Assembly (NCBI GenBank): GCA_031406795.1
Contig: JANOHV010000151.1
Span: 6,232 to 70,231, forward strand
Reading direction: 5' to 3'
Origin: Candidatus Rokuibacteriota bacterium
GTDB taxonomy: Bacteria > JAUVQV01 > DATDCY01
DNA length: 64,000 nt
Shown here piece after piece: positions 56,787-64,000 of this stretch (positions are counted from its first letter, which is position 1; every line of letters starts with the position of its first letter). Below the pieces are notes generated by a model that worked only from the letters and a program-made list of their open reading frames with translations, was not told where the DNA came from and made no database searches. A program made the position numbers and the translations under genes.

Positions 56787-58079
56787 CTACAACTCGTTGA
56801 AAACGAGGCCGGAGATGAGCTTGGGGTAGAAGTTCGTCGACTTCTGCGGCATGCGCTGGCCGGCGGTCGCGATCCGCCAGACCTGGTCGATCCGGCTCGG
56901 GCGCAGCAGAAAGGCCGCCGCGCCGCGCCCGGCCTCGACCTCCGCGGCTGCGTCCTCGGTCTTCGTGAAGAACCGGATGCCCCCCTCCTGCACGAGGCGC
57001 TGCTCCTCGAGGCCGAGCAGCCCGGAGAAGATCACCTGATGGAGCACCGTCACGTCGAGATCGGCGACCAGCTTCGAAGTCCCCGGGCGAAGATGGCGCG
57101 CAAGATCATAGCCGGCCTTCGGGCGCAAGAGCGTGAGCGACGGACCCCCGCGATAGCAGCCGAACACCGTGCCATCCCCTTCGAGCAAATCCTGGGTCGC
57201 GCCCGTCCAGCTCGAGCGGTCGGCCGGGAGCGCCCGCTCCTCGACTTCGAAGGCTGCGCCGATGCGCTCGAGCATCCGTTCCGGCCCCGGGGCGACCAAC
57301 ATCCGGTGAAAGGGCAGAATCGTGAGCCCGGGCGATTCCATGCGCACCAGGCACATCATCACCGAGTCCATTGAATCGCGGAAGCGCCCCGGCTCCTGGC
57401 GCATCAGCCGTCGATACTCCAGCGCCGTCTCATAGCGGTGGTGGCCATCCGCAATGATGAAGGGCTTGCCCGCGAATCCCTCGCGCGCCCGGGCGATGAG
57501 CGCGGGGTCCTCCACCCGCCAGAGATTGTGCACCACCCCCTTGCCGTCGTCGAACGAAACCAGCGGCGGTGAGCCTGTCGCGGCGAGCAGCGCGGCCTCA
57601 ACGGATCCGTCGGGATCGGAGTAGAGGGCGAAGATCTGGCTGAAATTCGTCTCGCAGGCCTGCAGGAGCCGCAGCCGATCGGCCTTGGGGCCGCTCATCG
57701 TCGACTCGTGAGCGAAGGCGCCGCCGCCGAATTCGTCGAGCCCGATGCGGGCGATCAACCCGAGCCGCTGGTAGGTGCGCCCGGCCCACGCGTAGTCCTC
57801 GCGGTAGAGATAGATCGACGGAGACTCGTCCTGCGCCAGGATCCCTTCGGCTCGCCAGCGCCGGTAGAACTTCGCTGCGTTGTCGTAGCGATCGACCGGG
57901 GCGCCGCTCTCCTGCTCGCGGCCGAGGATCAGCCGCACGACATTATGCGGGTCGCGCCGGTACAGCTCCTCCTGCTCAGCCGGAGGGATCATGTCATAGG
58001 GAGGCGCCGTGACACGGGCGATGTCCGGCACCAGCGCCCGGTTGTAGCGCACTCCCTGGAACGGCAGGACTCTCGGCAT
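56787..58079 (-). CDS. DUF1015 family protein
   Basis: PPYD, HEST, IADGHHRYETA, MPQKSTNFYPK. Confidence 0.88.
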   Translation of the reverse strand: MPRVLPFQGVRYNRALVPDIARVTAPPYDMIPPAEQEELYRRDPHNVVRLILGREQESGAPVDRYDNAAKFYRRWRAEGILAQDESPSIYLYREDYAWAGRTYQRLGLIARIGLDEFGGGAFAHESTMSGPKADRLRLLQACETNFSQIFALYSDPDGSVEAALLAATGSPPLVSFDDGKGVVHNLWRVEDPALIARAREGFAGKPFIIADGHHRYETALEYRRLMRQEPGRFRDSMDSVMMCLVRMESPGLTILPFHRMLVAPGPERMLERIGAAFEVEERALPADRSSWTGATQDLLEGDGTVFGCYRGGPSLTLLRPKAGYDLARHLRPGTSKLVADLDVTVLHQVIFSGLLGLEEQRLVQEGGIRFFTKTEDAAAEVEAGRGAAAFLLRPSRIDQVWRIATAGQRMPQKSTNFYPKLISGLVFNEL

Positions 58080-58083
58080 CGCG

Positions 58084-59001
58084 TTAACGGACGGGGGTCA
58101 GCCAGGAGCGATACGTAGGGTTCTCGCCGCGCACCGCGCTGAAGAACGCTTCCTGTATCGCCCTGGTGACCGGCCCGCGTGATCCGGCGCCGATGGTCCG
58201 CCGGTCAAGTTCGCGTATCGGGGTGATTTCGGCGGCGGTTCCGGTGAAGAAGGCCTCCTCGGCGGTGTAGAGCTGGTCACGCGTGAAGAACTCCTCGCTG
58301 GCCGCAAGCCCCAGGTCGGCCGCAATCGTGAGCACCGAGTCCCGAGTGATCCCCTCGAGAATGGCCGAACGCGGCGTCGTCGTGAGCGCGCCGCGGCGCA
58401 CCATGAAGATGTTCTCGCCCGAGCCTTCGGCGACGTGCCCGGTTGCGTCCAGAAAGAGCGCCTCGTCATAGCCGTCGTTGATGGCTTCGACCTTGCCCAG
58501 GATCGAGTTGGTGTAGTTTCCGCAGACTTTCGCCTTGGTCATACTGATGTTAACGTGCTGGCGGATGAATGAGGCCGTCTTGACACGAATGCCCTTCTCG
58601 AGGCCGTCGTCGCCGAGGTACGCACCCCAGGGCCAGGTGGCGATCATGGCGCGGATCGGGTTGCGCCCCGGGTAGACACCCATCGCGCCGTAGCCCACAT
58701 ACACCAGCGGCCGGACGTACCCCGACTCCATCTTGTTCACCTTGAGAGTCTCGACGATCGCGGCGGAGAACTCCTGCTTCGTGAAGGGGATCTTCAGACC
58801 GCTGATGAGCGCAGATGCAAAGAGCCGATCGACGTGCTCGGCCAGTCGGAAGACTGCCGGGCCCTCAACAGTCTTGTAGCAGCGTATCCCCTCGAAGACG
58901 CCGAGACCGTAGTGCAAAGTGTGGGTCAGGACGTGGACGGTCGCATCTTTCCAGTCCACGAACTTCCCGTCCATCCAGATCTTCGAGGTTTCCTGGAGCA
59001 T
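58084..59001 (-). CDS. ilvE: Branched-chain amino acid aminotransferase
   Basis: [36 protein letters not shown]. Confidence 0.95.
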   Translation of the reverse strand: MLQETSKIWMDGKFVDWKDATVHVLTHTLHYGLGVFEGIRCYKTVEGPAVFRLAEHVDRLFASALISGLKIPFTKQEFSAAIVETLKVNKMESGYVRPLVYVGYGAMGVYPGRNPIRAMIATWPWGAYLGDDGLEKGIRVKTASFIRQHVNISMTKAKVCGNYTNSILGKVEAINDGYDEALFLDATGHVAEGSGENIFMVRRGALTTTPRSAILEGITRDSVLTIAADLGLAASEEFFTRDQLYTAEEAFFTGTAAEITPIRELDRRTIGAGSRGPVTRAIQEAFFSAVRGENPTYRSWLTPVR

Positions 59002-59139
59002 CGCCGGTCTCCTTTTGCGTGCCGGGCCGCCGGAGCGCGTCCGTGGCGGGGGATTCTAGGCAAGCCGCCGGTGGCTGTCAATAACTCCGGGGCGCGGTCG
59101 TTGCTTTTCCCGTCGGTTGGTGATAAACCACCCCAAGCC

Positions 59140-59646
59140 ATGGCCGAGGCGAACGAAGGCAACAACGAGCAGCTGCAAGTCGTCGTCTTCACCATCGAGG
59201 GGAAGACTCTCGGGGTGGACATCCTCAAGGTCCAGGAAATCCTGCGCATGGTCGAGATCACCCCTTTTCCGCGGATGCCGGACTTCGCCCTCGGGGCGAT
59301 CAATCTGCGCGGGCGCATCGTCCCGGTGATCAATCTGCGGCGCAAGCTCGGCCTGCCCGAACGTGCCGCCGGGCCGAAGACCTGTAACCTGCTCGTGCGC
59401 TCGGGCGAACAGGTCATCGGGTTTCTGGTCGACGAGGTCTCCGAGGTCATAGATATCCCGGCCGCCTTCATCGAGAGCCCGGACCAGGGACCGGCGTGGA
59501 TGCGCTCGGAACTGTTCTCCGGACTCGGAAAGCTTCCGGGGCGGCTGCTGGTCATCATCAACCCGGACCGGCTTCTCTCACCGCTCGAGGAGTCACTGCT
59601 CTCAGCCGACGGTGCGATGCGGCCTCAGGAGGAACTGTCGCCATGA
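59140..59646 (+). CDS. cheW: CheW-like coupling protein
   Basis: VQEILR, GAINLRGRIVPVINLR, GFLVDEVSEV. Confidence 0.88.
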   Translation: MAEANEGNNEQLQVVVFTIEGKTLGVDILKVQEILRMVEITPFPRMPDFALGAINLRGRIVPVINLRRKLGLPERAAGPKTCNLLVRSGEQVIGFLVDEVSEVIDIPAAFIESPDQGPAWMRSELFSGLGKLPGRLLVIINPDRLLSPLEESLLSADGAMRPQEELSP

Positions 59647-59724
59647 AGACCTGTCCCACCAGGCCGCTGACGATCCGGAAGGAACAGCACAAGGCCACGA
59701 TCTTTCTCAACGCCTATCGCATCA

Positions 59725-60241
59725 CGGGACGGATCATGACACGGCGACATTTGCCGTAGCCTCAATTCGTGGCTGGTGGAGAGCCGAGGGGCGCAAGATG
59801 TACTCACAGACTCCGAAACTGACGATCACGGCGGATGGCGGAGGCAGCAATGGCCATCGGCTACGCCTCTGGAAGTGGGAACTTCAGAAACTCGCCAATC
59901 AAATTGGACTCGACATCAGTGTGTGTCATTTCCCCCCGGGGACGAGCAAGTGGAACAAGGTCGAACACCGATTCTTTTCCTTCATCTCCTCGAACTGGAG
60001 GGGCGAACCCTTGCGGGACTACGAGACGATTGTAAGTCTCATTGCGCGGACGACCAACGGCAAAGCGACTGAAAGTCATTTGTCGCCTAGACCGTCGTCG
60101 ATATGCAATAGGATCAAACTTTCAGCTCGTGATCTTGAAGAAATCAACATCTCTCGGGCCGATTTCCATGGCGAATGGAACTACACAAACCATCCATCGA
60201 AGAAATGCTGACATTGAACAAGTTATATGCTGACTGTTCCT
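59725..60241 (+). mobile_element. ISAzo13-family transposase remnant (3' part, frameshifted, with probable right end)
   Basis: DHDT..FAV, TADGGGSNG, HFPPGTSKWNKVEHR, FHGEWNY; lower GC; the frame has shifted around 60065-60110. Confidence 0.85.
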
Positions 60242-60343
60242 AACTTGAGCGATGGCAGGTGACGGCTGCTCCGCCGAGGGATCGGGCGCCGAGATCGCAA
60301 AAGCGCATGCGCGAGCGGCGGCCAGGTCATGCCGTACCGGAAA

Positions 60344-60616
60344 CTACAGCGTCATCACAACGAGCTGGTGCCCGTTCAGGTCGCGATAGAGCGCGTCGAG
60401 TTGCTCCCGGCTCGCCGCGGTGAACGTCGCGGTGATCGAAAGATATTTGCCGCCGCCGCTTTGCCGGTCGGCGAACTCGACGCGCTCGCCCGGCAGGTGC
60501 CGTCCGACGATGTCACGTACCGCGTGTTCGAACGCCTCGGTATTGAGGCCCATGACCTTGAGCGGGAACGAGCAGGGGAACTGCAGGCACTCGGCGGCAA
60601 CCTTCCCGTTTCTCAT
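60344..60616 (-). CDS. DUF493/YbeD family protein
   Basis: FPCSFPLKVMG, SGGGKYLSIT, QLDALYRDL. Confidence 0.85.
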   Translation of the reverse strand: MRNGKVAAECLQFPCSFPLKVMGLNTEAFEHAVRDIVGRHLPGERVEFADRQSGGGKYLSITATFTAASREQLDALYRDLNGHQLVVMTL

Positions 60617-61950
60617 AGCGGGAAACACTTTGCAAACCTGTCCATGAGCTTCGTGGGTCCTTTGATCTTGATCTTCCCCGTGACGATGGCCAGGATGATG
60701 TTCTGCTCCTTCGCCAGGAACTTGAGCCAGGTGCGGCTGTCGGCCCGGACCAAGACGTCGGGCGTGCCCACCAGGCCCGCCATGACCGTCAGCGACGGGC
60801 CGTCGATGACCACGGTGGCCTCGTAGCTCTCCTCGCCGCCGAAGACAAAGTGCCACGTTGCCTTCAGCCCCTCCGTCTGGCCGCGGTTGAAGGCCAGGGG
60901 CAGAGCCCTGAAGAAGCCGCGGACCGTGCCCGCGTGCAACCCGCTGCTGACGCGCCGCGGTTGCTTGTGGGGGAAACGCGCCTTGACGTGAGCCTCGGCG
61001 TCGGAGCCGGGCACGACGTAGACCCGCTCCGTCCTCGCCCTGAGAGGCTGCAGCACCCGTTCGTTGTATCCCTTCCGGTCCTCCAGGAAGGGGCCGATGT
61101 TCTCGGTGCCCGCCGGGCAGACCGCCATGCAATAGCTGCACTTGTTGGAGACCCCGTAGGTCAGGCCCTGCCAGATGGCGACCGTCTCGGGATCCGAGAT
61201 CCGGGCCCGATATTCGGGCACGGTGCGGCTGGCGACCACGTTCTCCACCCAATCTACGAACCCGCACAGCCGGTCCCGATAGTTGTGCGTGAGGCAGGTG
61301 GTGAAACCGAAATGACCGTCTGCGGCGATGGCCCCCACCGGGCAGGCCGCGACACACAAGGAGCAGCAGACGCAGGGGTCGTAGTCGAGGAGCTTGCCGT
61401 ACTGGTCCGCCGCGGCGTCGACGAGGATCGTGTCGAGCATGACGAACGCGCCGAACCGGGGGTGCAGCAGCAGGCGGTTGTGCCCCCGCCGGCCCAACCC
61501 CGCCGCCTCCGCAGCCAGCTTGTGGGAGGCGGCCCACATCCCCTCGGGCCAGTTCTCCAGGTCCATGGGGAAGCCGGTGGAGAAATTGACGCCGTGGATG
61601 CCCTTCTCCCGCAGACGGCGCACCACCGTTTGCGCGATCCCGTCCATGCGGTGCATGCCGACGGAGAACTCCAGATCCGACGCCGACCGGGACAGGCAGC
61701 GGACGCTTTCGGGATTGAGGCGCAGGACGAGGCTGACGAGCGTGCGCGCGCCGGGCAGCAGCGAGAGCAGCGGTGTGCGATCAGGATCGAAAACCGGGTC
61801 CTGGAGATCGGCGCAGCCCGCGTCGTCGGCGCCGGCGGCGAGACAGACCTCACGAATCCAGGCGGCGGAAATCGACGCTCCCGCCGCGGTCTCGGGTGTG
61901 GCGGGAGCTTCCCGGTACAGTCTCACGGTGGGATGGTCTTCGAGCTTCAT
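60613..61950 (-). CDS. QueG/reductive-dehalogenase-like 2x[4Fe-4S] protein with a C-terminal SCP2 domain
   Basis: GADDAG, SHKLAAEAAGLG..GHN..LHPRFG, CVCCSLCVAACP, CSYCMAVCP; C-terminal SCP2 (AIVTGKIKIKG). Confidence 0.75.
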   Translation of the reverse strand: MKLEDHPTVRLYREAPATPETAAGASISAAWIREVCLAAGADDAGCADLQDPVFDPDRTPLLSLLPGARTLVSLVLRLNPESVRCLSRSASDLEFSVGMHRMDGIAQTVVRRLREKGIHGVNFSTGFPMDLENWPEGMWAASHKLAAEAAGLGRRGHNRLLLHPRFGAFVMLDTILVDAAADQYGKLLDYDPCVCCSLCVAACPVGAIAADGHFGFTTCLTHNYRDRLCGFVDWVENVVASRTVPEYRARISDPETVAIWQGLTYGVSNKCSYCMAVCPAGTENIGPFLEDRKGYNERVLQPLRARTERVYVVPGSDAEAHVKARFPHKQPRRVSSGLHAGTVRGFFRALPLAFNRGQTEGLKATWHFVFGGEESYEATVVIDGPSLTVMAGLVGTPDVLVRADSRTWLKFLAKEQNIILAIVTGKIKIKGPTKLMDRFAKCFPL

Positions 61951-62007
61951 CACGTCCCTTCTCCTCGTTGAGCATGTTCTCGTCAACAACCACCGGGGGT
62001 GGGCCGG

Positions 62008-62983
62008 TTAGGGTGAGCCGAAGGTCCGCCGCAGAAAGTCCCTGAGGGCGAAGCGGACGTCGCTGTTCTCACGGCAGTCCACCCGCAGCCCCGGGTTCTT
62101 GGCCGAGAGGAACTCCAGCCCCTGCTCCCTGCCGGAGACGAGGAAGTCGCTCGTCGCCATCCGATAGGTGCGCGATTCCTCCAGCGGCGCGCCGTTGACC
62201 CGCCAGCCGCCGTCGTCCCTGTGACGCCTGCTCCTTGCAGCAAGCCGCCCTGACCGCGGTTCGCAAGGCCCTGGTCGAGGACCCGACGCAGCAGCGCGCC
62301 GTCGATCTCGGCCCGGCAGACCCGCCCGCCGAAGGGCAGGATGCGGCTGATGTCGAACTGGGTGAGCGGCCCGGGTGGCAACAGGTCGTCGATCCGGATC
62401 GAGCCGCTGTTGAAGAGCGCAAGCTCCGCGTCGGGAACCGCCGCCTGCAGGGACGCGGCGACGAGCCGGGTGAGCTCGGTAGGACGATTGCGGACGCTCG
62501 CTTCGAGGCGGCAACACGGTGAGAATTCTGGAAGGGGTGACTCAGGTGGGTCCGGTGTGCTGCTCGCGCCTCGTTCTTGATTTCCGGTCAGGTGGGTCCG
62601 ATTACCGGCAGGGGGTGGGTCCACCTATCACCGGCAATAGCACGACGATCTGCTTTCCCTGCAGACGCTCGCCGCCGACCCTTGCAGTCCCCAGGGCGGA
62701 AGGGCTGAAGAGATCGCCGTCCAGGACGGTCAGGGGTGTTGGGATTCTCGGCGAGGAGCTCCTTGCGGAGGGTGGCGACGCGGGCGAGCCCGCCTTCCTT
62801 GCCCCCGCTCACGGGGGTGAGCTCGTAGATGTCGTTCAATTGAAGGATCGTGAGCGCCACCTGCCGCGCGGCGGACGCTCCGGTCGACGGGGCGGGCCCG
62901 GGGAACGGCAGCGCTGCACCGCAGGCGCTCGCCAGAAGCGGCAACAGAAGGGCCGCGGCCCATGGAAGACGGTTTCTTTTCAT
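62008..62983 (-). pseudogene. 5'-nucleotidase/metallophosphoesterase lipoprotein pseudogene
   Basis: [15 protein letters not shown], then a frameshift to GDLFSPS; central part missing; C-domain NSGSIR..LPFG with a second frameshift. Confidence 0.8.
62550..62642. mobile_element. IS21-family-like terminal remnant
   Basis: Three GGTGGGTCC repeats and two AT(T/C)ACCGGCA repeats ending ...GGCAATAGCA-3' where nucleotidase similarity stops. Confidence 0.55.
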
Positions 62984-63136
62984 GGATCCTCCCCGGGGTT
63001 AATCGTCTTTCCTCCCGGGATTATCGCGCAATCCTGGACGTATGAATATGGGCTTTGGTTCTCTGGTTGCTGAATATTGGCCCCGGGGAAGCTCCCCCCG
63101 GATCGGGAGACGAACTCAAGGATCCTGGCCGGAAAG

Positions 63137-64000
63137 TTACGCGCTCTCGTAGGTCTCTTCGATCTCGTCCAGGATGAGCTGCATCTTCAACCCGATCTCG
63201 AGATAGATCCGCTGCCGATAGCCCCCGAGCCCCGGGTGGGCCGCCAGCGCGGCTTCGAGCAGAGCGGCGAGCTGCTCGAGAGCCCCGGCCAGCTCCTCCC
63301 GCCCGATCCCCTCGCGGATGCGGCAGCGGGCGAGATGGTTGGCGTACGCGAGGATCGAGAAGTGGTCCCCCAGACGCACGGAGGACTCGAGCATCTGGCA
63401 GGCCAGCTCCGCCCGCAGGCGCAGCTCCACGGGGTCCAGCTCGCGGTAGTGCGGATAGAGGTTCTTGTTCCTGTCGGCTGATATGTAGGCGACGAACGAC
63501 TCGATGACCGCGGGCTTCACCACCGCCATGGCATTGTAGATGGTGAGGCCCGGCCGCTCAGCCACGGTCTGCTTGGTCATGGCGAGGTTCCGGCGCTCCC
63601 AGGCCACGGGGTTGCGCTTCATGTTCTCGATGATGAACGGCAGGCGGCGCAGAATGTGATTGCGCGGCTTCGGGGCCCAGCCCAGCCGGCCGTGCGTGGC
63701 ATGCGCGTCGATCTTCATCCGCTTGTCGATGTAGCGCATCATCCACGGCCGTTCAAAGGGAGGGCGGCCTAGGCAGCGACCGAGCAGGAGCCGCAGCGCG
63801 AGCCCCGCGGTGGCCAGCCACACCGGGGCGTGGATCGCGCCGCCGAGTTCTCCGTCGCCGCCCCAGCCCAGCTGCGCTGCCGCGAAAAGCTCTCTGTGGC
63901 TCACGCAGCCGTTGGGGCTGCCCGCCAGAACGTCCAAGCGGCCGAGCCGCTCGTGGTTCTCGATGATCTTCAGCCACAGTCCATTGAGATCCTGCAGATG
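63137..64000 (-). CDS. 3' part of an NAD-dependent epimerase/dehydratase-like protein with a helical C-terminal extension (runs off the window)
   Basis: Frame open to the edge (HLQDL...); THGRLGWAPK resembles the extended-SDR C-terminus. Confidence 0.6.
   Translation of the reverse strand, partial: HLQDLNGLWLKIIENHERLGRLDVLAGSPNGCVSHRELFAAAQLGWGGDGELGGAIHAPVWLATAGLALRLLLGRCLGRPPFERPWMMRYIDKRMKIDAHATHGRLGWAPKPRNHILRRLPFIIENMKRNPVAWERRNLAMTKQTVAERPGLTIYNAMAVVKPAVIESFVAYISADRNKNLYPHYRELDPVELRLRAELACQMLESSVRLGDHFSILAYANHLARCRIREGIGREELAGALEQLAALLEAALAAHPGLGGYRQRIYLEIGLKMQLILDEIEETYESA

Noticed and set aside
60613-61950. Respiratory reductive dehalogenase
   Set aside because: No Tat signal and no rdhB anchor gene

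Overview
High-GC window from an anaerobe with deltaproteobacterial-type gene content (Desulfobacterota/Myxococcota-like; this taxonomy is inferred from gene content only). Core loci: serC, purL, mglBA, porCDAB, recR-ybaB-dnaX, SRP RNA, tRNA-Asn, tRNA-Arg(ACG) with tadA, all four tRNA-Ser beside serS, nadA, cpoB and ilvE. Three accessory signals stand out. (1) An exported c-type-heme, triple-rhodanese protein is split in the ORF track by an in-frame UGA that is followed by a SECIS-like hairpin, so it is a probable selenoprotein. It has a sigma54/IHF promoter, a divergent PAS activator, and an orphan NorQ/NorD pair downstream. (2) A porin-cytochrome locus carries two paralogous lipoproteins built from a 45-aa repeat that alternates CX2CH with non-canonical CX5CH motifs, giving up to 16 hemes each. 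(3) A ~200-bp palindrome-capped element occurs as an inverted pair around serC and tlpA, and each copy ends 18-19 bp upstream of a TTGACA box. The window also holds a decayed tRNA-Asn island with att repeats, IS scars, pseudogenes collapsed by deletion, an in-frame hairpin insertion in purL and several probable leaderless genes. All calls come from motif recognition by eye; no database searches were run.
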